A stretch of DNA of 64,000 bases from an uncultured delta proteobacterium (GCA_963760795.1 CAVXEP010000008.1:1-64000), one strand, 5' to 3'. Shown: positions 18,932 through 29,230, numbered from the stretch's first letter. Numbers and translations are program-made. The notes: generated by a model from the sequence alone, not told the origin.

Positions 18932-20431
18932 ATGGAATTACTCGATCATCTGCTGCTGGGGTTTCAGACCGCCGGGACACTCAGCAATTTGTTTTACTGC
19001 TTCATCGGCGTTTTTCTCGGCACAGCGATTGGCGTGCTACCTGGCCTCGGCCCTACAGCCACCATCGCCATGCTGCTGCCGGTTACTTTCGTGTTGCCGC
19101 CGGTGACCGCGCTCATCATGCTGGCGGGCATCTATTACGGTTCGCAGTACGGCGGCTCGACGACTTCGATTCTCGTCAATCTTCCGGGCGAAGCCGCGTC
19201 GGTAGTTACGACGCTGGACGGTTACCAGATGGCGAAGCAAGGCAGGGCGGGAGCGGCGCTTGCGGCGTCAGCGCTCGGGTCGTTTTTCGCCGGCACCGTC
19301 GCCACATTTCTGATTGCCGCCTTCGGCCCGCCGCTGGCCGCCGTCGCGTTGCAATTCGGACCGGCGGAATTTTTCTCGCTGATGGTCCTGGGCCTGGTGG
19401 CTTCCGTGGTGCTGGCGCAGGGCTCGTTGCTCCATGCCATCGGCATCGTCGTGCTCGGCCTGCTCTTGGGTCTCATCGGCGCCGATGTCAATTCCGGCAC
19501 CCAGCGCTTTACATTCGGTATGTATGAGCTTGCCGACGGCATCGGTTTCGTCACCGTGGCAATGGGAATGTTTGGCCTGGGCGAAATCATTCGCAATCTC
19601 GAAAACGAAGCAGGCCGCTCCGTGATGCTCACTAAAATTACCGGACTGTGGCCCACGCGTGAAGAGCTCAAGCGCATGGTTGCACCGATTCTACGCGGCA
19701 CGGTGATCGGCTCGGCATTGGGCATTCTTCCCGGCAGCGGCTCGATCTTGGGTTCCTTCGCCGCTTATTCCATCGAAAAGAAAATCTCCAAGCATCGCGC
19801 CGAGTTCGGCAAAGGCGCGATCGAAGGCGTCGCCGCGCCGGAGGCAGCTAATAATGCCGGCGCGCAAACCTCTTTTATTCCACTGCTCACTTTAGGGATT
19901 CCATCCAATCCGGTCAGCGCCCTGATGGTCGGAGCCATGATTGTTCACGGCATTCAGCCCGGACCGTCGGTGATCAACGAACAACCGGCGCTTTTTTGGG
20001 GCATGATCGTGTCGATGTGGATCGGCAACCTATTTCTAGTGGTTCTTAACTACCCGCTGATCGGCATGTGGGTGCGCATGATCATGATTCCCTACCACCT
20101 ACTATTTCCGGGAATTCTGGTCTTCTGCGCCATCGGTGTGTTCAGTCTTAAAAATGCTACCTTCGATATATATTTGATGGCCCTGTTCGGCATCATCGGC
20201 TATGTTTTCTCCAAACTCGGCGCCGAACCGGCGCCGATGTTGTTGGCATTCATCCTTGGGCCATTGATGGAAGAGTATCTGCGACGCGCCATGCTGCTCT
20301 CCCGCGGCGATCCGATGGTTTTCCTGCGCCGGCCGATCAGCGCGACCTTGTTAGCCTTATCCGCCCTCGCCATGCTTTCGGTATTGCTGCCGTCGTTCAG
20401 CAAGACCCGGGAAGAAGCCTTTAAGGAATAA
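18932..20431 (+). CDS. tctA: Tripartite tricarboxylate transporter large subunit
   Basis: [43 protein letters not shown]. Confidence 0.95.
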   Translation: MELLDHLLLGFQTAGTLSNLFYCFIGVFLGTAIGVLPGLGPTATIAMLLPVTFVLPPVTALIMLAGIYYGSQYGGSTTSILVNLPGEAASVVTTLDGYQMAKQGRAGAALAASALGSFFAGTVATFLIAAFGPPLAAVALQFGPAEFFSLMVLGLVASVVLAQGSLLHAIGIVVLGLLLGLIGADVNSGTQRFTFGMYELADGIGFVTVAMGMFGLGEIIRNLENEAGRSVMLTKITGLWPTREELKRMVAPILRGTVIGSALGILPGSGSILGSFAAYSIEKKISKHRAEFGKGAIEGVAAPEAANNAGAQTSFIPLLTLGIPSNPVSALMVGAMIVHGIQPGPSVINEQPALFWGMIVSMWIGNLFLVVLNYPLIGMWVRMIMIPYHLLFPGILVFCAIGVFSLKNATFDIYLMALFGIIGYVFSKLGAEPAPMLLAFILGPLMEEYLRRAMLLSRGDPMVFLRRPISATLLALSALAMLSVLLPSFSKTREEAFKE

Positions 20432-20514
20432 ACGCCAATCCGCTTCTGTATGTTTGACAGCGCCCGCCGCTTGCTGTTAGAGAGCAGTCGTAGTTCGGTC
20501 TGGGAAGCTTTGAA

Positions 20515-21324
20515 ATGAGACTGCGAGATAAAATCGCCTTGGTCACGAGCGCGCAACACCCCTGCGCTCGCGCCATCGCCTTGGGATTTGCCCGAGAAGG
20601 TGCAGATTGCGTCGTCGTCGATGAAGACACGAGTCGCGCGGAACAGCTCGCCGCCGAAGTTCGCGCCCTGGGGCGGCGCGCTCTACCCCTCCAGTTCGAT
20701 GTCACCCAGAAACCTCAGGTCGAGGAAGGCGTCAGGCGCGCGGTTGTTGAGTTTGGCCGCATCGATATACTACTCAACTGTTCGGGCGCGAACCATCAAA
20801 GTGATTTCTTAACTTTTACCGAAGAAGCATTCAATCGCTGCATCGATCGTGGGCCCAAAGCCTACTTTCTTAGTGCGCAGGCCGTCGGAAAGCAGATGGC
20901 CGAGCGGCGCTCCGGCAAGATTATCAATCTTTCGACCACCGACGCGCGCGTAGGATCGGGCGAGTCGACGGGCAATAGCGCTGCCTACTCCAGTATCGAT
21001 GCGATGACGCGCGCGATCGCACAGGCGCTGGGATTTTATGGCGTCAACGTGAACTCGCTGGTCTGCGGACCGATGGATTATTCTGCCGGGGTTGCCGACG
21101 AAGCCGCAGAGCGCCTGCGGCGCATTCCCTTGGGCCGATTAGGCAAGCCTGAAGATCTTGTCGGCGCGGCGATCTTTTTGGCCACGGATGATTCGAATTT
21201 TGTCGCCGGCGAGACTCTCTACGTCGACGCCGGCTATTCCAATGCCGCCGTAACCGAAGACAGTTTTCGGCCCGCATGGGGACGCACCTGGGGAAAATTC
21301 GAGGTTCCATCCGAGAACAAGTGA
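20515..21324 (+). CDS. SDR-fold protein with degenerate cofactor and catalytic motifs
   Basis: FGRIDILLN, GKIINLS, IPLGRLGKPED, YVDAG; TSAQHPCA replaces TGxxxGxG. Confidence 0.85.
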   Translation: MRLRDKIALVTSAQHPCARAIALGFAREGADCVVVDEDTSRAEQLAAEVRALGRRALPLQFDVTQKPQVEEGVRRAVVEFGRIDILLNCSGANHQSDFLTFTEEAFNRCIDRGPKAYFLSAQAVGKQMAERRSGKIINLSTTDARVGSGESTGNSAAYSSIDAMTRAIAQALGFYGVNVNSLVCGPMDYSAGVADEAAERLRRIPLGRLGKPEDLVGAAIFLATDDSNFVAGETLYVDAGYSNAAVTEDSFRPAWGRTWGKFEVPSENK

Positions 21325-21352
21325 CCGACGTGTTTTTAGGGAGATCAATTTT

Positions 21353-22231
21353 ATGGGAATTAAGTTCAAGGAAGTGAACACGTTGTCGTTTATTGGCAAT
21401 ATCGGCCCCAAGACCGAGCGCGTGTGGAAGGAAGTGGATGAGGAAATCGACATTATCGGTTGCCAAGAAAAATTCGACCGGCGTTGCCAACTGATCGCGC
21501 CGCTGAATTTATTGGCAAAGGATCTTCCCGGCGACGGCGATACCAAACAGGTGCCGATCTTTGTCAACGACGATGTGCGCATTGAGTTGATGCATTGCCG
21601 CTCGTCGAAGGGGGCCGATGGACACAGGCCGGCGGGATTTTGCGAAACGCAGATTCAAGTGCAGAACAAACGCGTGACCAAGACATCCGAAGGCGACTTC
21701 GAGCTTACCGAAGGCGACGTCCTCGTCGTGCCGCCGGAAATAAGCCATGAAAATAACGGCGACGGCCCAACCACGCGGCTGGTCGTGTATACACGAAAAC
21801 CGGTTCAGATCGCCCAAACATATCCCGTCAAAGAGAGCGTTGTGCCGAACAAACGGTGCACATTGCTGAAACCAACGACGGTGCTCGACAAAGTCGAAGA
21901 AGGCGGCTCCGGCGGCAAGCATTTCGAGCTGGTGGAGAACGCCGACATCATGATCGAAACCACGCACCGCTCGGATGCACAGAGAATCTATCACCGGGGT
22001 TTCGGCCAAGATGAAGTTGCATTCCAACTGTCCGGCCGGCGCGCGACCCTGACCAGCCAGGGAGAATATATGTTGGAGACCGGCGACTTTTTGCTGATTC
22101 CGCCGGGAACCTCGCACCGCAATATCGGCGACATGGCGACGATCCGGATCATCCTTTACGCCAGAAAGCCGTTGCGCTTGGCGGACGAGTTTGTCGAGCG
22201 TTCCAAACGGGCGGGACAGGCGATTTCGTGA
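21353..22231 (+). CDS. Bicupin protein (possible dioxygenase or lyase)
   Basis: Two internal repeats, each with H-x6-E...G-D-x4-PP-x2-SH. Confidence 0.75.
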   Translation: MGIKFKEVNTLSFIGNIGPKTERVWKEVDEEIDIIGCQEKFDRRCQLIAPLNLLAKDLPGDGDTKQVPIFVNDDVRIELMHCRSSKGADGHRPAGFCETQIQVQNKRVTKTSEGDFELTEGDVLVVPPEISHENNGDGPTTRLVVYTRKPVQIAQTYPVKESVVPNKRCTLLKPTTVLDKVEEGGSGGKHFELVENADIMIETTHRSDAQRIYHRGFGQDEVAFQLSGRRATLTSQGEYMLETGDFLLIPPGTSHRNIGDMATIRIILYARKPLRLADEFVERSKRAGQAIS

Positions 22232-22247
22232 TCCTGTTGGTTACTCA

Positions 22248-23252
22248 ATGAACGGATTTTTTTACCAGGCAATTTCGCGAACCCGAATGTCGGTATGCCT
22301 CGCCGCTTTTTTGGCGAGCGCAGCAAGTGCGTTCGCCGCCTCAGTCGACAGCATCCGAGTTTCATATGCGACGCTGAGCGCTGCTTATATGGATCATATT
22401 TGCGCCATGGACAGAGGCTACTTTCGCGAAGAGGGGCTTAATATCGAAGTCATCCGCGCCCCCGGCGGTGTGGCGACTCCAGGCCTGTTGTCGGGGCAGT
22501 TTCATTTCAGCAGCTCGGCGAGCTCAGCGGTGAGCGCGGCGGTGCGCGGCGGCCCGGTAAGGATCGTCTACACAAATCTCTCGCGTCCGAGCTACACCCT
22601 GGTTTCGATAAAACCGGAGATCACCTCGGCGAAAGAATTGATCGGAAAAAAAATCGCCATCAATAGCTTCGGTGACACCGGCCATCTATCGACGATTCTC
22701 TATCTGAAGAAGATGGGCGTTAATCCCTCGTCCGTGCTTTTCATTGCGGTTGGAAGAAACGAAGTCCGTTTTCCGGCTCTCCGTACCGGTACCATTGACG
22801 CGACTCCGCTGGTGCCGCGTGACATGGTCTTCCTAAAGGATCAAAAACACATCGTCCTCGCCGACTTGGGGAAAGAGATCCAGTTGGTGTGGAATGGTGT
22901 TGCCGTCTCCACCAAGCTTTTGGCCGAAAATCCGCAGCTCGTCGAGCGATTTCTGCGCGGCTTGGCGAAGGGCCGGGAGTTCGCCCGGCGCTACCGCGAC
23001 GAGACTATTTCGCTCATCAGCAAGCGTGATCCTTCTCCTATCGAGGCCATCAGAGTCGACTACGATGTGACCAAAGCGAGCATGACCGAAGACGGCTCGT
23101 TACCTGACGAGGTTCTAGTACAGGAAATTGCCACGCGGGCGGAACTGACTAAAGTCGCCACGCCACCTAACATATCGACCGCGTTCGATTACACTATTAC
23201 GAGAAAAAACTACGCCCAGCTTAAAGCCACAGGCTGGCAGCCGGTTCGATGA
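22248..23252 (+). CDS. NMT1/SsuA-type substrate-binding protein
   Basis: Signal peptide, GYFREEGLNIE, ELIGKKIAI, FDYT. Confidence 0.85.
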   Translation: MNGFFYQAISRTRMSVCLAAFLASAASAFAASVDSIRVSYATLSAAYMDHICAMDRGYFREEGLNIEVIRAPGGVATPGLLSGQFHFSSSASSAVSAAVRGGPVRIVYTNLSRPSYTLVSIKPEITSAKELIGKKIAINSFGDTGHLSTILYLKKMGVNPSSVLFIAVGRNEVRFPALRTGTIDATPLVPRDMVFLKDQKHIVLADLGKEIQLVWNGVAVSTKLLAENPQLVERFLRGLAKGREFARRYRDETISLISKRDPSPIEAIRVDYDVTKASMTEDGSLPDEVLVQEIATRAELTKVATPPNISTAFDYTITRKNYAQLKATGWQPVR

Positions 23253-23256
23253 AGCA

Positions 23257-24048
23257 ATGAAGCTCGAAGGAAAAATAGCCATCGTTACGGGTTGCAACGG
23301 CGAATTCGGTTCGGCCATCGTGCCCGGATTTGCCGCCGAAGGTTGTGATGTCGCATGTGTGGATTTCCAGCAGAGTGACGCCGATGCGGCGGCAGAAAAA
23401 GTGCGGCAAAAAGGCCGGCGCGCGTTAGCGATCGCCATTGATCTAAGAAAGCGCGGCGAAATTGACGCGATGGTCAAACAAGTCGTCGATCAGTTCGGGC
23501 GCATCGATATTCTTGTCAACACTACCATGGCCTCGCACAACCAGGAGTTTTTGAATTTTAAGGAAGAAGACTTTGACGATACGTTGAGCAGGGGCGTGAA
23601 GAGTTACTTTCTTACCTGCCAAGCTGCCGCCCAGCAGATGGTCAGACAGCGCTACGGCAAGATCATCAATCTAAGTTCCATCGTCGGCGTGCTCGGCCCC
23701 GGCCAGGCCGCGTCATGGACCGCGGATCGCGGCGCGGTCAACGGCCTGACCCGCGCGGCGGCGCATGCGCTGGGATTTTACGGCATCAATGTGAATGCGG
23801 TGGCGCGCGGCAACACGGCGCGCAAGCCTTACAACGCCGGCGTTCTCGAGCGAGTCCGCAGGTTGCCTCTGGGAAGGACGGAAACCGCAGAGGACATGGT
23901 CGAGCCCTGTGTCTTTCTAGCCTCCGACGGCGCCAGTTACGTCACCGGGACAATTCTTTACGTCGATGGCGGCTACACGGTCGCCGGCGTCACCGATGAC
24001 CGTTATCGCCCCGAGTGGGCACGCGCCGACGCCGAGGAAAAGGAATAA
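23257..24048 (+). CDS. SDR-fold protein with W-x3-R in place of Y-x3-K
   Basis: AIVTGCNGEFG, FGRIDILVN, GKIINLSS, YVDGG. Confidence 0.85.
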   Translation: MKLEGKIAIVTGCNGEFGSAIVPGFAAEGCDVACVDFQQSDADAAAEKVRQKGRRALAIAIDLRKRGEIDAMVKQVVDQFGRIDILVNTTMASHNQEFLNFKEEDFDDTLSRGVKSYFLTCQAAAQQMVRQRYGKIINLSSIVGVLGPGQAASWTADRGAVNGLTRAAAHALGFYGINVNAVARGNTARKPYNAGVLERVRRLPLGRTETAEDMVEPCVFLASDGASYVTGTILYVDGGYTVAGVTDDRYRPEWARADAEEKE

Positions 24049-24057
24049 TTCAGCGCA

Positions 24058-25026
24058 TCACACGGCTTCGCCGGCCAACGCGCTCTCGACAAACAGCTCC
24101 TCGACTGCAAGCTTTCTATCCGTTACGCCGACCCATTCCGCATAGCGCGTCATGGTCTCCAACACGACCCGGTTGTCTTCAATGTTGTAGGGCCACGCGT
24201 CTTCGCCGAAGAGCTCTCTCTCTTCTTCCAATTCGGCGCCGTACCAAGCGAGAAATGATCGCCGTGTATCGCTGACATGTTTGATGCCTATCTCCTTGGC
24301 CTTGGTGAAAGCTTCGACGAGATTTCGAGCGACCCAAGGATCGCGTTCGAGTATGGAATTCTTGACAACCACCACGTGGCGTATCGGGAAGATCTTAGTG
24401 CGCAGATAATATTCCTTTTCCACGTCGCGAAAATTCGGCCACAAGCGGCGCACACCGGAAATATGACGAGTGTGCTTCGGCGTGATTTCCGGCAACATGC
24501 AGGCGTCGATTTCACCGCGCGGCAAGACATCTTCTATTTTTTGTCCCTTCGGTAAACGGTCAATCTCCATCCAATCCGGTGGTTGCCAGCCGGGAACCTG
24601 CTCCAGCTGATTGGTGCGAATTTTTAGCGCGCGCGCCGGCACGCCGTATTCTTCCTGCAGCACGCCGCGCATCCAGAGCGATACCGGATTGAAGTGGGCG
24701 CGCATGCCGATAATTTTTCCAGCGAGGTCTTCGGGTTTCTGAATACCACTGGCAGCATGGACGAGCACGTTGCCGTGGCAAAACTTGCGGTGCGGAAACA
24801 CCGGGATCGCCGTGAACGGTGCGCCACGGGCCATCCAACCGAGAAACACACCCATCTGGAGCTCGCAAACGTCGAATTCCAGATCGCGGGAGAACCGTCT
24901 GTGGCGCTCTTCCGAGGGCAGAGAGATAATGTTTAAATCGATTCCTTCGGCCTTAATGGTTCCATCGACCAAAAAGCGCGTTCGATCGTATTCGTTGCAC
25001 GATAACGTGAGGCTTAGCGGTTCCAT
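24058..25026 (-). CDS. Second 4,5-dihydroxyphthalate decarboxylase-like protein
   Basis: EYDRT, EFDVCEL, PVFPHRKF, IFPIRH, DAWPY. Confidence 0.78.
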   Translation of the reverse strand: MEPLSLTLSCNEYDRTRFLVDGTIKAEGIDLNIISLPSEERHRRFSRDLEFDVCELQMGVFLGWMARGAPFTAIPVFPHRKFCHGNVLVHAASGIQKPEDLAGKIIGMRAHFNPVSLWMRGVLQEEYGVPARALKIRTNQLEQVPGWQPPDWMEIDRLPKGQKIEDVLPRGEIDACMLPEITPKHTRHISGVRRLWPNFRDVEKEYYLRTKIFPIRHVVVVKNSILERDPWVARNLVEAFTKAKEIGIKHVSDTRRSFLAWYGAELEEERELFGEDAWPYNIEDNRVVLETMTRYAEWVGVTDRKLAVEELFVESALAGEAV

Positions 25027-25027
25027 A

Positions 25028-25981
25028 TTAAAAGTCCAATTGCGGTTTGATTTCATTCAACAGCATTCGCGCCTGTCCGGGCACATCATCCGACGCGATG
25101 CGCGCGATGATCGTCGTCAGGCCGGCGTCGATGTAGCCTTTTAGCAAACCCACGCATTCTTCAGGCGTGGCGAAGATCGTGAAGAAGTGTCCAAGCTTGG
25201 TTCGCGGCACGCCAAAGAATTTCTCCATCCATTGCCAGCCTGCTACTTTCGCCTTTTCCGCGTCGTCAGAAATATTGAAAGTCACGTAGAGCGCGGTTTC
25301 GCGCAGTTTACCCACTCGGCCATAGCTTTCGGCGTGCTCAGCGATCTTTGCGCGGGCGCCGGTGAAACGTTCGAGTGTCGGCGCCAGCGTGACCCAACCG
25401 TCGCCCAAACGGGCGACGCGCTTGAAACCGGTGTCGTTGCGGTCGGCGACGATCCAGATGGGAATGCCGGGCTGCTGCGCCGGGCGGGGCAGGATGCCGA
25501 CATCGTGCAGTTTGAAGTAACGGCCTTCATAGTCGATTTTGGTCTCGCTCCACAGCCGGCGCATGATCTCGATGGTCTCGCTCAATCTTCCCGCTTTTTC
25601 CTGGGGCGGCACGCCGCAAGCGGCGAACTGGCGCTGAATGTAGTCGCGCACCGGACCGACGCTGACGCCTAAAATAATTCTGCCGTTGGAAATCACATCG
25701 ATGGTCGCCAGCGCGTGGGCGAGTAGCACCGGATTCCGCAACGCCGGCAGCATCGGCACGATTCCCAGACGAATCTTGCTGGTGCGCGCCGCCAACGCCG
25801 CCATGGTCGTCAAGCAATCGCCGCGCGCTTTGTCCAAAACCGTGACGCTGTCGCCGAGCCAGATGTGGTCGAAACCGAATTCCTCGGCTTGTTCCGCATC
25901 GGCCCAAAGGTGCCCGAAGCTTTTGCTGGCGTCTTCGGTGCGAATCAGTTGTCGGGTGTGCAATAGTAAGCCGATTTGCAT
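25028..25981 (-). CDS. LLM-class (flavin/F420-dependent) oxidoreductase
   Basis: AEEFGFDHIWLGDS, RNPVLLA, ATIDVISNGR, RVARLGDGW. Confidence 0.9.
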   Translation of the reverse strand: MQIGLLLHTRQLIRTEDASKSFGHLWADAEQAEEFGFDHIWLGDSVTVLDKARGDCLTTMAALAARTSKIRLGIVPMLPALRNPVLLAHALATIDVISNGRIILGVSVGPVRDYIQRQFAACGVPPQEKAGRLSETIEIMRRLWSETKIDYEGRYFKLHDVGILPRPAQQPGIPIWIVADRNDTGFKRVARLGDGWVTLAPTLERFTGARAKIAEHAESYGRVGKLRETALYVTFNISDDAEKAKVAGWQWMEKFFGVPRTKLGHFFTIFATPEECVGLLKGYIDAGLTTIIARIASDDVPGQARMLLNEIKPQLDF

Positions 25982-26006
25982 AGCAACCTAATGCTCCCAG
26001 GATAAT

Positions 26007-26075
26007 CGTCAGGGGTGAAGGGTAAGGGGTGAGGCGGTTCGGGAACCCCTCACCCTTTACCCCTGACGCCTTACC
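26007..26075. repeat. Imperfect palindrome built of 7-nt units
   Basis: cgtcaggggtgaagggtaaggggtgagg ... cctcaccctttacccctgacgccttacc. Confidence 0.7.
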
Positions 26076-26086
26076 GTTTTTCGCAT

Positions 26087-27100
26087 TTACTTCGATGCCT
26101 TCAACGCCCGTTCCCAGCCGAGATCCCTCAGCTCTTTGTAAACTTCGCGGGTGAAGCGGAAGTCGAAAATTTGTTCGACGGGCACGTCTTTTTGGACGTT
26201 AAGCATGCGCTTGGCGATCTCGATATCCGACTTTTGCGTGTCGGCATCTTCGGTGCCGTCGGCGGTCATCATTTCCATCGTCGCATCGTAGTCGGCGGTA
26301 CGCACGTCGTCCGGTGCTTTATCGTATTTTTTGCCCAGAGCCAGCGCTTGAGCTTTGTTGCGTTTGACGAACTCGCGGCCCTTGACGGTGGCGCGCAGAA
26401 AACGGCGCACCAGGTCCGGCCGCTTGACCACGGTTTCTTCCGCCGCGGCCAAGCCGGTGTAGAGCATTTTGATTTCTTTGCCGATGTTGACCACTTCATG
26501 CACGGGAAAGCCGCGCGTCTGCATGCGCAGCGAGTCGGCGAAGCCCAAGACCGCGGAATCTACCGCCTTTGCCGCCAGCGAGGTCACCCGGCCACCGGTG
26601 CCCAGGGCGACCCAGATGACGTCGCGCACCGGGTCCAGGTTGTATTTGCGCAGCATTAAATTGGCCGCGCCTTCCATGGTGTCGCCGCGTGAGGCGATGC
26701 CGATGCCTTTGCCGCGCAGGTCCGGCACCTTGCGAATGTCGTCGCGCCAACTGAGGATTTTATACAGCGGCCGGTCGAGATTGACGTAGACAACTTTGAG
26801 TCTGATGCCGCGCAGGCTGGCATTCAATGACGAACCCGAAGACGTGCTGAAGTGGAGATCGCCGGCGACCAAGGCCTGGGTCGCCAACCCGCCTGGCATA
26901 GCGATGACTTCGACATTCAACCCCTCGTCGCGGTAGTAGCCCAGCTCCTTGGCGACGAAATGGGGATAATAAATCACCCCGAAGCTGGCGAATGACACGC
27001 GCAGAGTTTCGAGGTTGGGCACTTGCGCCAACAGAGAACCTGGCCCAACCGCCAGAATGAGCACGGATGCCATGCCCAGGAACAAAAATTTAAACTTCAT
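26087..27100 (-). CDS. NMT1/SsuA-type substrate-binding protein
   Basis: Signal peptide MKFKFLFLG..., GYYRDEGLNVE, DLRGKGIGI, IFDF. Confidence 0.87.
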   Translation of the reverse strand: MKFKFLFLGMASVLILAVGPGSLLAQVPNLETLRVSFASFGVIYYPHFVAKELGYYRDEGLNVEVIAMPGGLATQALVAGDLHFSTSSGSSLNASLRGIRLKVVYVNLDRPLYKILSWRDDIRKVPDLRGKGIGIASRGDTMEGAANLMLRKYNLDPVRDVIWVALGTGGRVTSLAAKAVDSAVLGFADSLRMQTRGFPVHEVVNIGKEIKMLYTGLAAAEETVVKRPDLVRRFLRATVKGREFVKRNKAQALALGKKYDKAPDDVRTADYDATMEMMTADGTEDADTQKSDIEIAKRMLNVQKDVPVEQIFDFRFTREVYKELRDLGWERALKASK

Positions 27101-27208
27101 CGCAATATGATTTACATAGCTGGTGAACCCACTCAAACGCAAGGTCGCCAGCGCTGCTTGTCTCACTTGCGCGGCTGCGATATACACGCAGCTTGAGGAG
27201 TTAAACTT

Positions 27209-28108
27209 ATGACTAATTCCACCCCGATCAATTTGGAACGCATCGATCACGGCGTCTTGCCGTCCAACGATCTCGGCCGCTCGTTTCGCTTCTGGTCGTC
27301 ATTCATGGGCGGGCAGATCGGCCATCACACCAATCTGACCGTGCGCGGTCTCAACCGCGAAGTGCCGATGATTATTTTTATGACGGTTGCCAATCACCGC
27401 GGTTTTGGCCTGGCGTTACAGGATTTTCGCATCTCGCCCAACCCGGCGCGCCGCTTGGACGGCGTGGTCTGGGGCTTTGAAGTGGCCGATAACAATCTCG
27501 ATGCTGCCAGTGCGGAGGCGGAAAAGCAGAAGCTGCATTTCGAGCGCGTCGCAGATTATCCGGCGTCAAGTCCGATCAAAGAATCGCTCTTTGTCATCGA
27601 TCCCGACGGCAATACGGTGGAGTTGTGTATCCGCAAACAGCCCTCGGATCAAGCGCCACAATCTGGTCCGGTTCCGCTCCGGCGCATCAGTCATGTGCGT
27701 GTCGAGGTGACCGATCTCGAACAAGCACGTGACTGGTACGCCAACACCTTCGGGCTCGTCGTTGGCGAGCAAGTACCTGGAGAAAACCAACTGACGATGA
27801 CGGTTGCCAAGTCGAATCAGTTCGTCATATTGCGCGATGTCGACAAGGTCGCCGACCGCAGCACGCAATGTTACAAAGGGCCGCATATAGATCTGCGCTC
27901 GGATGAAGCGTCTTACCCGGAAATTCTCAAGCGCTTTAACCGCAAGGAAACCTATTGGGGGCCCGACCCAAATTTGATCCCGTGGCATGAGCCCGACACC
28001 AATACCGCCTACGGCTACGATCCGTTCGGCAATCGCATCCAGATCGGCATCATCGCGAAGCGGCCGATGCATCATGGCGACGTGGCGCGTTTTCGCCAAC
28101 AGCCATAG
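27209..28108 (+). CDS. Two-domain VOC (glyoxalase/extradiol dioxygenase) family protein
   Basis: IDHGVL...DPDGNTVEL and ISHVRVEVTDLE...DPFGNRIQI; GAGG RBS. Confidence 0.85.
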   Translation: MTNSTPINLERIDHGVLPSNDLGRSFRFWSSFMGGQIGHHTNLTVRGLNREVPMIIFMTVANHRGFGLALQDFRISPNPARRLDGVVWGFEVADNNLDAASAEAEKQKLHFERVADYPASSPIKESLFVIDPDGNTVELCIRKQPSDQAPQSGPVPLRRISHVRVEVTDLEQARDWYANTFGLVVGEQVPGENQLTMTVAKSNQFVILRDVDKVADRSTQCYKGPHIDLRSDEASYPEILKRFNRKETYWGPDPNLIPWHEPDTNTAYGYDPFGNRIQIGIIAKRPMHHGDVARFRQQP

Positions 28109-28219
28109 GGTGGCGCACTTGCCATCGGGTTGGTAGCCTCAAAGAACGCAAAGTGCTCAAAAAATGAATTCCGAAATATCGGGGTGGTTTTCAAACCCGT
28201 CCTTGCTCTTCAATTTCGA

Positions 28220-29209
28220 ATGATTTTACCAAGACTGTTATCCTTGCTCGTCGTCGCACTTGTCGTGGCCCCGTTAGGAGCGCAAGCCGTTCACGCGGCG
28301 GAGGACAAGGTCCGCTTTTCCGTCGCCGCCGTCACCGGCAGTTATATGGACGAGTTTGTCGCCATCGAGAAGGGTTATCATCGCGAAGAGGGCCTCACGG
28401 TGGAGATGATCCGAGCCGGCGGCGGTATCGCGACTCAGGCGTTGATCTCAGGGGATCTCCATTTCAGCACTTCGGCCGGTTCGGCGTTGAGCGCCATGTT
28501 GCGCGGCGCTGAGATTAAAGTCATCTACACCAATATAGACCGGCCGGGCTATCAGCTCTGGTCGGGCCACGGCGATATCAAGCAGTTGAAAGATCTACGA
28601 GGCAAGCGTGTCGGCGTCACCAGCCGCGGCGATACCCAGGAACTGTCGGTGCGTTTGTTGCTGCGCAAGTATGGCATCGACGCCAACTCGGTGTCCTATA
28701 TGCCGGTGGGCTTCGGCGCCCAGCGCTTGGCCGCTCTGCAAGCGGGCAGCGTCGACGCCGTGCCGCTGGGCGCGGGGGACTTCGCGCAGTTGAAACAGCC
28801 CAAGGGCCATATGCTCGGCGACACGGAAAAAGAGATTCGCTTCGCATACGTCGGTTTGGCAGTGGCGAGCAAACTGATCGCGCGCCAGCCGGAGTTGGTC
28901 GAGAAATATCTCCGCTCCGTGATCAAAGGCCGGGAATACGCGCGTCGTTACCGCGAGCAGACGATTACGATCCTCGGCAAGTACACCCAGCGCAAACGCG
29001 AATTCAACGAGGTCGACTACGATTCCACGCTGCCAGTGTTGACCGCCGAGGGCTGGGTCGGCGACGATATCATCAAAGAAGACGTCGCCATGCGCGCCGA
29101 GTTGGTTAACGCGCCGGCACCCAACGACTACAATAAGTTTTTCGACTATAGCATAGTCAGGAGAATTTACCGCGATCTGAAAAACGCCGGGTGGAAGCCA
29201 GCTCCGTGA
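28220..29209 (+). CDS. NMT1/SsuA-type substrate-binding protein
   Basis: Signal peptide, GYHREEGLTVE, DLRGKRVGV, FFDYS. Confidence 0.87.
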   Translation: MILPRLLSLLVVALVVAPLGAQAVHAAEDKVRFSVAAVTGSYMDEFVAIEKGYHREEGLTVEMIRAGGGIATQALISGDLHFSTSAGSALSAMLRGAEIKVIYTNIDRPGYQLWSGHGDIKQLKDLRGKRVGVTSRGDTQELSVRLLLRKYGIDANSVSYMPVGFGAQRLAALQAGSVDAVPLGAGDFAQLKQPKGHMLGDTEKEIRFAYVGLAVASKLIARQPELVEKYLRSVIKGREYARRYREQTITILGKYTQRKREFNEVDYDSTLPVLTAEGWVGDDIIKEDVAMRAELVNAPAPNDYNKFFDYSIVRRIYRDLKNAGWKPAP

Positions 29210-29230
29210 AACAACGGCAAAGCAGAATAT

